A DNA stretch of 63,273 nucleotides from Chara braunii (taxonomy: Eukaryota > Plantae > Charophyceae). The notes under the pieces were generated by a model, which was given only the letters and a program-made list of their open reading frames with translations, did no database searches and was not told the DNA's origin. The position numbers were made by a program, and so were the translations under genes. The stretch's first letter is position 1; each line of letters begins with the position of its first letter. Where the stretch lies: positions 2,130,349 to 2,193,621 of the forward strand of contig BFEA01000015.1 of assembly GCA_003427395.1 (NCBI GenBank), written 5' to 3'. Below, piece by piece: positions 49,479 through 60,010 of the stretch.

Positions 49479-50417
49479 TGCAAGGAAAATGCGGGATAGC
49501 GAACTTCAGAAACCAAGCAGCATCATCCACATGAAACCAGAGTCGTGACCTCGAACCAAAAGCAGAATTGCAACACGAGTTTCACCAAATGAAAGCACAG
49601 CAAAAGCTCATAAGTGATAATGTTGGAATAGTCTCATCATCATCAACAATGAACCAATGTCGACATCCTATCTGGCGCTCTGCGCCCAGACTACAAATGG
49701 CAGATCCTATCTGGCCTATCTACAATGCCGCTGGTGACGTCAACAGCTCCCCGAACTACGAGCAGATCCCGGCCAATGCCGTCGCCTCAAGCACCAGGCC
49801 CCAGGTATGTCTCTTGCATCACTCACAACCTCGATCCCCCACTCACAGATGCCACGTGCACCCAAGGACAACCATGCGCCCCATCCAGCTCAGCGCAGCG
49901 CAGCTCGGCTATGGCTGCCTGCTCTCCCTCCTCGCCCGTGAGCGCGTGGGCCTGGCCAGCATTTAGCGCAGCAGCGCTTGCACAGCATGCAGCCAGTGCC
50001 CCAATGCCAAATGCGAGGGCAGGCACTTTCCTAAATGGAAGTGGCCTGCCTGCTGCGTGTGTCCTGGCTGCACTGGGCCCATGCCCAGAAGCTTCCGGTA
50101 GGCCCCGAGAGGCTGAGGCTCGGCCAAACCGAATCAGGCCCAGGGCCTGTGACGGTTGCCTGTGCCCAACTGCTTGCAGCCTGCGTTCGGCCCTTGTTCT
50201 GTATCTGGCCCAGGGCCTGCCTCAGTTACGTACGAAAAAGGCAGCCAAGGCCTGAGCGCTCTCAACCAACTGGCGCTGCGCAACTGCCTGAATTTTTCCC
50301 AGCTGCGTGGTAGCCAAAACAAGGCCTCTGGGCCTTGGTCGGGCCTGCCTTCACTTAGGGCGGCCGACGCTGTTGCAGACAGGGCCCGGTAGGGCTTACC
50401 GAGGCCTTGTACCTCGC
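49479..50417 (-). repeat. 5' LTR
   Basis: Collinear with 40404-41330, with scattered substitutions and small indels. Confidence 0.95.
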
Positions 50418-51171
50418 AGCAGAGTCTAGATACAACTAAAATGACTGGGGTTTCTTTTCATGCGAAAAGTGTAGTTCGCATAATAAAAAACACCCTGATC
50501 ACAGCAGCTGTTTTAGAACGGTGATTGATAAAGGAAGAGAGTTAGGGCATACTCACGCACCTGAATAGAACGCGCAACTTTTTCTACTCACTTGGGATGT
50601 AATTAGCCGTCAGCGCCCGGTCTAGATACAGTCATAATGACCGGGCGTTCGATTCGGGTGAAGACGGTAGCTTAGTTGGTGCCCCCTGAGCTGTTGAAGT
50701 ACAGACCTGAGTTCAAACTCCACTGGAAGCAGATGAGTAAAATTATACTGCAATAATTCTGAATACCAAGGGCCGGTCAGTTCGACCATGATATCTCAAG
50801 GCCGTCGGCCATTAAAATATGGGAAGGAAAAAGAAAAAAGCCTGGGAAAGATTTTAGCCTCTGCTGGTAGCAGTGGGAAACAAAATTGTGAAAACAAAAT
50901 AAAAGAAATGGTTTGCAGCAAATATTATTTTCCAGCCCTCTATGGACCTGAGCGTCCACACGTTTTTTGGGCCAAACAATAAGCGCAATAATTTCGTGCA
51001 CTTCAATTTTTGCACCCTGCCGTTGACCCGCACAGCTGGCAGACCTCTGCCCACTGCACCACTCTTTCCCTCCCCCCTGGCCTCCTCCCTTTCTTCCCGA
51101 ACACACATTGCCGTGGCCTGATTTTTTTCGTTTTTTTGCGTTGTCTGAGATCATGGGTGCGAAAAATCATC

Positions 51172-51230
51172 TTTTTTTTTTTTTTTTTTTTTTNTTTTTT
51201 TCCTGCTGGAAAGCGGGTCCAGCGTCCCTT
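51172..51230 (-). mobile_element. Short fragment of the 42929 SINE family
   Basis: Poly(T) then CCTGCTGGAAAGCGGGTCCAGCGTCCCTT. Confidence 0.7.
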
Positions 51231-51792
51231 TTGAAATACATTGAAATACATTGACTAAGCAAGATGTAGGAAGTAAAAAAGTAAAAAGGGGCCTCTTCAC
51301 CCTGCAGCCGGCGCCAGATGTCTTCTGCCACTTACCAGGTTGCGAAAAATCATCAAAGTTGGTATCCTTCAATTCTTTGCAACCCTGAGCTGATCTCCCG
51401 CGACTGGTATGCCACCAGCCCCCAGCCCCCCAGCCCCCATCCCGCCTCCCCCCCACACAACCCTGTGCCACAGCAACTTACCGGTATCTCAATTTCGGAC
51501 TTTATGAGTGTGATTAAGAATGAGTTCTTAAGACTGAGTTAATGGGCCATAAAAAAACTTCGGAGTCTATGGGACAAAACAGATCAGCCGAGAGAGTTAA
51601 GTCGTCGAAAGGGCGAACAATCCGGATGCTCTTCTCAGAGAGGATGTGCACCGTATGTGAAGAGATCCACCTGCCTGCCAGGTTTCACGGCACAGGCAAA
51701 GGCATGGTCATCTGGGTGTCATCGTGGCCTGTGCATATTGTCGTGCCTGCTGAGACCACTTTGACCGATAGTAGACTGAAAATATAAAAATT

Positions 51793-51887
51793 GCTGTGAG
51801 GGACATCTGTCAAAATTGGAACAATACGAAGAAGATTAGCATGCCCCCTGCGCAAGGATGACAGACAGAAATCGAGAAAGGGTCCAA
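51793..51887 (+). ncRNA. U6: U6 snRNA-derived pseudogene, copy 1
   Basis: GGACATCTGTCAAAATTGGAACAATACGAAGAAGATTAGCATGCCCCCTGCGCAAGGATGAC...AAATCGAGAAAGGGTCC; ACAGAGA box altered; no oligo-T end. Confidence 0.9.
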
Positions 51888-52137
51888 AAAAAGCAAAGAA
51901 AAAAAAAGCAGCACTTGCAACACCACAACAGGTCCCTTTCAATCAGGTAATGACACCTGCTCATGTACAGCTGGTCACATGGAGGCACTGTGTGACAGCA
52001 ACGGGACCACCAGCTCATGTACAGGTGGTGTTAAACATGGACCAAGAACACGCCCCCCCCTCTCCCCGCTTCCTTCTCCTCTCCTCCCCCCCCACCCCCC
52101 GCTCCCTCAATTTCCACTTTTGTCAATGAACAGAAGC

Positions 52138-52228
52138 ACTTCCAAGGGACATCCGTCTAGATTGGAACGGTAAAGAAGATTGCCATGGCCCCTGAACAAG
52201 GACGGCACCCATAAATTGAATAACGGAA
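52138..52228 (+). ncRNA. U6: U6 snRNA-derived pseudogene, copy 2
   Basis: GGGACATCCG...ATTGGAACG...AGAAGATTGCCATGGCCCCTGAACAAGGAC.GCAC.CATAAATTGA. Confidence 0.82.
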
Positions 52229-53931
52229 AAACAGAAGCACTCCTACACCACAACAGGTCCCTTTCAATCAGGTAATGACACCTGCTCATGTACAGCTGGT
52301 CACATGGAGGCACTGCGTGACAGCAACAGTACCACCAACCAATCTTACCAGGGGCCGTGTTTAATATGCGCCAAGAACACAACCCCCGCACCCCCTGCAT
52401 AGCAACTTCGCATAACTGTTCTGCCCCCTTCATAGGGCAGACATAGTCATTCTTCACACTACCTAGACGCTCTACAATCTGCTGCTGCTGTGCAAATGGT
52501 TTCTTATAAGGTTCGTATTGGTCTTATGATTCTTATCATAGTTATTAACTACTGAATAAGTAAGAGTATACTAACACTAGGCCCTCAAAATCACAAAATA
52601 ACAAACCGAGCAGCCAGATAGAGTCTTTCAATTACAAGGACTCAATCTGGCCACTCATTTTGCGATTTTGCGATTTTGAGGGCCTAGCGCGAGTATGCCC
52701 TAATTTGTGCATTGAGCATGCCATTGTCTCTTCTGAGGGCGTACTCCCACTAGGACTTTCCTGGATGTATCTGACCAGACTTCCAGAATGACCTCGATGT
52801 ATCTGACCGCAATTACGTCCAGAGCTTAGTCCAAAACGAACTAGTGCGAGTATAGACTTCCAGAATGACCTCGATGTATCTGACCGCAATTACGTCCAGA
52901 GCGAGTATGCTCTGAGAGCACTTCAACAGTGCATGAGTACTCAGATCGAGCGAACAGAAAGCCGTCCAACACTGCGACTCGGGCAAGTTCCTTGCTGTCT
53001 TCTCTCACCCGCTCGACTGGAGCAGGTACGAGACCTGACAAAGTGCTCATGTGGACTGCTACCCAACAGTTGGGATTGCATCAAAGACAAGGGAAACAAA
53101 TGTATTATAGACTTCATAGTATCTATACTAGTTTATAGTTTATTTAGGCTATACTCTCCCCAAAAAGAGGCCAGGTCGCTCCTCGCCTATGTGGCTGCTA
53201 CTGTCTTCTGCGCCTTTTCAAGGAACACCTACTCCTTAGCACGTACAGGAAGCCACACAGGTAAGTAGGTTCCCTAAGTGCTTGTGCTGCGGTGGGCGGA
53301 GAGCCTGCTATCGAAGTCAGAAGAAAATATATCAGACCTTCCTGCATTGGCCAGATTGCTTTGGCAATTCCTTGCTCAAGACTACACATTTGCATCGCAA
53401 GGGCTCAGTATGGGATCAGCATGGCTCGCAAGGGCGAAGCAGATGCTCAAAAGGGAAGAAGCGGCATGGCCACAGTGCAGTGCCTACGGAGAGTCTCATT
53501 TTCCATCCTGGGTCTTTCTTTGAGAGACATGGCAGTCTTCTTTTGGCACACTGAGAGCGCGCTCACACAAAGTCTTTCCGGAATATGCATCTGACTGCAA
53601 TTACAGCCAGAACTCCATGAGTCCGACTGCAGTCACGTCCAGAGATTAGTAGAAAAAATCCTACTGTGAGTATGCCCTGTGAGGGACTTCAACAAATGCT
53701 TTCTCTGTCTGTTTGTTTTGTGAAGGTGATTGTCAGGCAGGGGACTGATCTCACCAGTGGGCCAAAACGACAGCCAATCCTTCCAAAGAAACTAATCAAA
53801 GTCCCCCGGGCCGTAACATGGGGAAGCGTCGCTCAACGGATAAAAGTTATTAACAGGCTGATCTTTCCCAAGCGTTCACATCGGCGGGAAGGTTTGGCAC
53901 CTACAGAAGCAGTTTTCCCAATCTGCAGTAA

Positions 53932-54107
53932 ACCACCAGTACCTTTCCCATATATCGGCCGGCCCCCTCACTGAGACTTTGGAAGGCCTGAAATGTACCA
54001 CGGGCCGCCGATGAAATTTATTGACGGCGGCCTGGCCCCGAAAGTTTCCCGCATAACCTGCTGCGGCATAGTTTTTCAAGCGGGGAAAGGCGCAGGAGCC
54101 TGGCGGT
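53932..54107. mobile_element. Short MITE related to 36745-36888
   Basis: ACCACCAGTACCTTTCCCATAT ... GGGAAAGG..CTGGCGGT|TTAA. Confidence 0.6.
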
Positions 54108-54443
54108 TTAAACTTGATGTTTTTTCTTGCATTCCTGCTCCACCAGATCCACACATACTAGAAGTTAAGCCAAAGAATATTGAGTTGCCCATTGAAATAG
54201 ATGCTTTTCTCCTACACTAGATCCCATAATACCACCCATAAATTGAAAATCCATTACCCCTAAAGCACCGAGTATTCCATTTAATTTATTGATCCCTGTT
54301 TGTACTGTATCGGTGAGACCTGTCTGTTTTTTATTTTCTCCAAGTTGCAGTTGGTATTTTTGTTGATCCAGTTCGGCGAAAATCCATTACCCCTACATCA
54401 GACTGTGGACAAGTTCTATGATTTCTGACTTGCTGGGGAAACA

Positions 54444-54484
54444 GTCCTTCGGGACATCTGTTAAAATTGGAACGATACAAGAAG
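54444..54484 (+). ncRNA. U6: U6-derived 5' fragment, copy 3
   Basis: GTCCTTCGGGACATCTGTTAAAATTGGAACGATACAAGAAG, with an intact 5' stem-loop. Confidence 0.82.
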
Positions 54485-54593
54485 GAGCTGAAGCTGCTGA
54501 ACTGATGCTACCCAGAACGCATACGGAGACAGGCCCATAAGTAACTGTTTTAGTACTTCGACTTTTTAATCTAAAAGAAGAAGGCTGCAGGCA

Positions 54594-54678
54594 GTGCTTT
54601 AGGACACCTGTCAAAATTGGAACGATACAGAGAAGATTGGCATGGCCCCTAACGACACGCATAAATAGAGAAACGGAT
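54594..54678 (+). ncRNA. U6: U6 snRNA-derived pseudogene, copy 4
   Basis: AAAATTGGAACGATACAGAGAAGATTGGCATGGCCCCT-(ISL deletion)-ACGACACGCATAAATAGAGAAA. Confidence 0.88.
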
Positions 54679-55414
54679 AAAAGGGAAAAAAAACAAAGAA
54701 CTGACGGAGGCTTACCGCTGCATGGAAAATTTTAAATTTGTGCATGGTTGCAAAATTCGCTGCTCCCTCAACCGAACAGGCGGTATAACTGCGATCACCA
54801 CAAAAGCTGCACCACAGGCAACATCATTCTGCAAGCTCGACGCACACATACTCGGTATTAATCATCCATGAAAATACGTTTGCCCCTTGCTGTTGCAGCT
54901 CAGACCAGAAGTATGGTTTCTCCACCAGAACACTGAGCTGCAATAGAGGGTGGAGATGACCATTCACAAGGACCACAGGGGCCACAAGCTTGCAGCTGAA
55001 GACGGCCGCGGAAGCATAAAAGGCACACTATTGGTTAGAGTGGCGGCGCTCTACACACGAAGTCGAATCACCTGAAGGATGGATTCTTGAGGAATGTTGT
55101 TGGGAAAGATGAGCAATCGTAAGAAGAATAAGAACAAAAACACCAAACGTACCCGTAGCGTATGTAACACAGTGCCAGGCTGGTGACTGGAGAGGATGTT
55201 TCTCTCTCGTTCCAGTTGAGTAGGGCATTGATCATCATGATGCAATATGAGAAGATGTTTACCTTTTCGAGATGAGGACACATCAATCGCACAGCACCGT
55301 TCCCCGTTAAGCGACATGGCATGATGGAGATGACGAGATGACGTCGAGAAAAACCTTGACGAACCGGACGAAGAGGTTAAGGAATGATGAGAACAGGACA
55401 ACAATAAAAAATTA

Positions 55415-57420
55415 CGATGAAGGCATGCCTCATGTCAGTCCTCAGCAGCATCCCCACCGAGCTGCCTCAACGGTTGAACCCCCCTTGAAACCCGAGCTCT
55501 CTCTAGCTCACCTGTTCTCCAATCGCGTGTTGAGAGGGTTCTGCTCGCACGCAAGCTGTGGTGGATATTGCTTCCCTGCACAATGTTCCAGCAGCAATTC
55601 ATCAGCTCAAAGTGCCCACGAGTATTATTGCAATTGGTTTGCGCGTGCTTGAGCAAACAGATTCTGAAGGCACGACTTACGTCAGTTGCTGGCAGGCTCC
55701 TCACCAGGTAGATCCAGTGCTTGAACCATTTGTAATTGAGCTATCATGCAAGCAGTAGTGAATATTGCTCCCCTGCACGATAGGCCAGCACCAGTGCACC
55801 CACAACGACACGCTGCCAATTCTTCAGCTCATAGTGGCAATGAGTATTATTCATACTTGCAACCGCACTGTGTGCTGTACATTCCAGTGCACCGCACGAC
55901 GTGCAGCGCGGCACCTTCTCGTGCACTGTACCAACAGCAGTTTCCCTTCTTTTTGTTCTTTTTTTGCTGTCTTTGTAGATACAGAAGAGTGCAACACCTA
56001 ACAGTCATACAGATTTTTCTTTCCGTCCAATTGGGCATCAGAAATAGCCTCAAAAAGGCGACCATTGACCCAGCCATGCGACCCTTTTTTTTTTTTGAGT
56101 GAATATTTCCCCCGTGCGCCGCACATGCTGTGTGCCCCACCGTGCGGGTCCGCTCGTGCGCCAAACGTACGGAGTTTTCCGGACGGCGTCTGCTTCCATG
56201 TATGGTATTATTGTGGTTGATTTGCATGTGCTCCAGCTAACAGACATTGTGAAGGCATGACTCACGTCAATCACTGGTAGATCCTCACCAGGGCGATCCG
56301 CTGCTTGAATTCCTTGTAATTGAGCTATCGTGCCAACCCGGTCTTCGGCCGTTCGTTGAGATGGTTCTGCTCGTGATCCGTGGGACATTGCTCCACTGCA
56401 AGGTGCTCCAGCATCACAGGCGGTTTGTCTGCAATGACATTTCTGTGGCAATTTCATCATCAGCTAAGATTGGCCATCATTGAGTCTTGTCATGGTAGGT
56501 TCGCATGTGATCCAGCGAGCTGCTGTCAATATGTCGCAGGGGTAGCTCCTTCTCGGCCAATGGCCATTCTCCGCGCGGCACACCCAGGCAACCTTTCCGT
56601 ACGTTGTTTCTCGGAAGCTCGGCCAGTGAGGTGAGCTGCCTAGTATGGTCAATCACTATTTTGTAATTGCTCACTACAAGCTCACTCCATCATTCTCGCC
56701 TGCTAACAATAATTTTCAATAGCACCCTCAGGCTCGTCTCATGCATCGGTGCCTCGCTGTGTTACCTGCACTCATCAGCACCTTCTTGTAAATCTCTAAC
56801 TGTGTTACTCACGCCCATCGCCACCTCTCTCCCTGCACCATGTCAACCGCAGGTGAAAGCCCTTCGACACCGTTGCCAAATCAGTATAAGAGTTGTCGAC
56901 AAGCCGCTTCACATACTGCTGATGTGGCATTGCCACATGGCTGATGCGGAACTCTATTCTGTCACCATACTCAGCACATGGCGTGTAAAAGACGGCTGAT
57001 GCGGACGTCTCCAGTTTTGATATCAGTGCTAAAATCAAGCCGGATTCAAATTGACGCCCATCTAGGCTTGATGACATCCAAACAGGCAGTCGCTCGCCTT
57101 GATCAAAACTCCCAAACTCCCAAAATTTTGTTTCTCCATGAGCAATCGGAAACTTGCCTATACCAGTGGAAAATTATGCCCGCCTGGGCGTCTGTCAGCC
57201 CAGAGCAAAATACAACAAAGCGTGGGGCAACATGCTTATGTATCTTACAGTAACAAGCACCCATAGCTGCTGTGTCCTCACCTCGCCTCCCTTGATGACA
57301 GGCCAACAACATGATTCCCCTCGTGCTAGACTTCACAAACGTTTGAATCCCATCGAGCATGAGTGGGCCTCCATTTGCTTCCCCCTCTTGCTACCGCCTT
57401 CCCCTGAATATGACATACAG
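55415..57420 (-). pseudogene. Putative endogenous +ssRNA-virus RdRp relic with a triplicated C-terminal module
   Basis: In order across frameshifts: IQTFVKS..RGI (motif F-like), FCSGLT.AQAG, SLDGRQFES (A), WCRE/EVAMGVSNT (B), KIIV/AGENDG (C-like). Confidence 0.55.
55852..56204. mobile_element. hAT-type MITE inserted in the RdRp-like relic
   Basis: TIR CATACTTGCAACC / GCTTCCATGTATG; perfect TSD GTATTATT (55844-55851, 56205-56212). Confidence 0.85.
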
Positions 57421-57481
57421 TCACTATAGCTGTGTTTGGGGCAACTTTCAGTCTAAGACACAACGATAACGAGGATAGGTT

Positions 57482-57590
57482 CTATTTGGGTGGAGACGGT
57501 AGACGGTGAAAATATCTGATTCTTCTTAACCACTGCTATTTGGGTGAAGACGGTAGACGGTGAAAATATCTGATTCTTCTTAACCACTGC
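57482..57590. repeat. 54-bp tandem duplication at a MITE terminus
   Basis: CTATTTGGGTG.AGACGGTAGACGGTGAAAATATCTGATTCTTCTTAACCACTG, two copies. Confidence 0.88.
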
Positions 57591-58183
57591 TCCTCCTCCT
57601 TATGTATATGTCATTAAAAGAAGAATCGCCAACACAAAGATGATGCCTTTCGCCGTTGGCATCAGTGCGCCACCTGCACTGATGTCAATGTCCAAGGATA
57701 TGAATGGAAGGCTGTAGATACGACTAAGCCACAAAGTAACCAAAGAAGGCCATACAGTGTACATACCCCATCAACGAACACAAATAAGCCCATCAGCAGA
57801 AAGTTGATGCCCATCCAAAAATAGCAAAGGGCCATAGGCCCTATTGTTTTGTTTTTCGTTTACCTGCAATAAACGGCGGACAAGAACTGCAGCACAGTAG
57901 ACAAGACGACCGTGACCAAAAATAAAACAAAATAACATTGAAAAAATACAAAGCAAATCATGTTCCCACAGTTGCGAGCACGAGAGCGTGAGCATTGTCG
58001 AATACAAGTGTGAGTTGTACGGAGTGTGGCCTCGTTCCACTGCTCACCACATGCACAAAAAAACAAAAAAAATGGCAGTGTATATTGCATGGTAACCGAT
58101 CGGATGTCCCGACCGGGTTCCAGACAGTCCGGAACAACATGTCCGGATGCACAAAAAATCAAAAAATATGACAGTGTATATTT

Positions 58184-58511
58184 CATGGTAACCGATCGGA
58201 CGTCCCAACCGGGTTCCAGACAGTCCGGAACAACATGTCCGGTGTCCGGTGTCCGGTCCTTATGTCCGGATGGAGGCCCCAAGGGCAAATATCGAAAAAA
58301 ATAAAGGCGCGGCCCAAGACGTTTTTCAGGTCCTGGCCGCCCCTTGAAAAATAATGGTCTGATTTTTCAGTGTCGTTTTACCCCGCCGGACAGAGGTCCG
58401 GACACAAGACACTGCAGGTTTTTGGGGTGGCGGGTTTCACACAGGCCCGAGCAATTTCAAAGCGGCCATTTCGACATGCCACCAGCCGCTGCTGTGTGTG
58501 TGTAGGTGTGA

Positions 58512-58591
<80 letters not shown>

Positions 58592-58610
58592 TACACATCT
58601 AGATGTGTAN

Positions 58611-58668
<58 letters not shown>

Positions 58669-59159
58669 TGACAGTGCTGCCAGTCTGAAGACTCTGACGT
58701 TCTGAATTGAACTGCGAAGTTCGAACTTATAAGTTATATGAAGTTATGAACTTAAATTACTTAATTGAAATTGATTCAAAGTTCAAACTTCAAAGTTAAC
58801 CATACTTTTTTATTTTTTTTCCCCACTGTTTCTTAGTCTTGTGCCTGCTTTGCACTGTTTGCAACTCTGCATGTCTGCTAGTTGAATGTGCTTGTTAATT
58901 TGCTGCAAGACAGGTGCTCTGCTGCCTGAACTACGAAGTGCAAAGCAGGTAAGAGCCTGCCAACAGGGCCCCCCCCTCCCCCCCTCCCGTTTTTTTTTTT
59001 TGGTCCGGACATTTTGTACCCCCTGACAATGGCCCGGACTATCCAGGTCCGGTCCGTGTGTCCAGTGATGTCCGGATCACCGGACAGTCTGGACCGGTCT
59101 AGACACTGGTCTGGAAGACAGTCCGGGAGTGTCCGGTGTCCGTGTCTGTGGTTACCATG
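58184..59159. mobile_element. hAT-type MITE
   Basis: TIR CATGGTAACC/GGTTACCATG; perfect TSD GTATATTT; GTCCGG subterminal repeats; contains (AG)n with an adapter remnant at 58588-58609. Confidence 0.9.
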
Positions 59160-59789
59160 GTATATTTCCATGTTCTAGCGGAAGATTCATTCTCATTTTT
59201 AAAAATTTGGTGAGTAGTGGAGCGAGGCCCGATATCATAGCTGCGCTTACGATAGATAAATAACTCTGACCACTCGTGCTGCTGATATGTGTAGCCAGGC
59301 ATCCTAAACCACCTGTACATCGTCCAGGCAAACTTGAGAATCGAAATCAAGCCAATCCGAAATTTTGACGGCTCAGGGCTATGTGACCACAATGGCTGGT
59401 GGTGCCAGCCAAAAAAGGAGAAAGTGTGCGCTGCTGGCGGTTTGGCAAAGCTAGGAGTGCAGTGTTGTCGCTATACACTGCGTCTGTGAGTGTTGCCTTG
59501 TTCACTATGTGCGGGAGGGAAAAGAGCCAAGCCGCTGCGCCGAATAGGGGACCGGCCCGCCTGGAACCGCTTTTTCCCCCGGCCTGGCAGCCTTAACTTC
59601 GGTTGGGCTGTGGACTTCTAATTTGCGCCGTTGGCCAACCGGTACAGGAGGCAGCGAAACACAGGAGCGAGAGGAGGAGACGAGCAAGGCAGAAGTAAAT
59701 TACCAGAGGTAGAAGGCAATCGAACGAAACCAATGAGCTCCTACAAAAGAGGGCAAATCACTGCTGCTGCTTATGATTAGATGGCAGCA

Positions 59790-60010
59790 GTGGTCTGCAT
59801 TTCATTCGTGTGAAGCAGAGATGGCCATGTTCAGCATATTGAGAGGACGCTTCAGGTGCTGCAAGGTTCAGGGTTCAAGATCACCATCCAGAACAGTGAT
59901 TTATTCCTCACGGAAATTGCGTTTCCGGGCTATGTGGTCAAAACGGAGGTTTGGAGCCCAATCCAGAAAAGGTGGAGGCGTCTTGAGTGAACCCATCCAA
60001 AAAACTGCGT
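59790..60010 (+). pseudogene. Old Gypsy RT C-terminal fragment
   Basis: HVQHIERTLQVLQGSGFKITIQNSDLFLTEIAFPGYVV. Confidence 0.7.

Larger units (their letters stand above)
40404..50417 (-). mobile_element. Ty3/Gypsy chromovirus-type LTR retrotransposon, full length but inactivated
   Basis: Two LTRs of about 930 bp, tRNA-iMet PBS, PPT, gag-PR-RT-RH-INT-chromodomain order, TSD (A)GCAG; many stops and frameshifts. Confidence 0.97.

Noticed and set aside
52990-53060. LDWSRYET*QS as a second RdRp motif A
   Set aside because: No motif B or C downstream; could be chance or a LINE remnant
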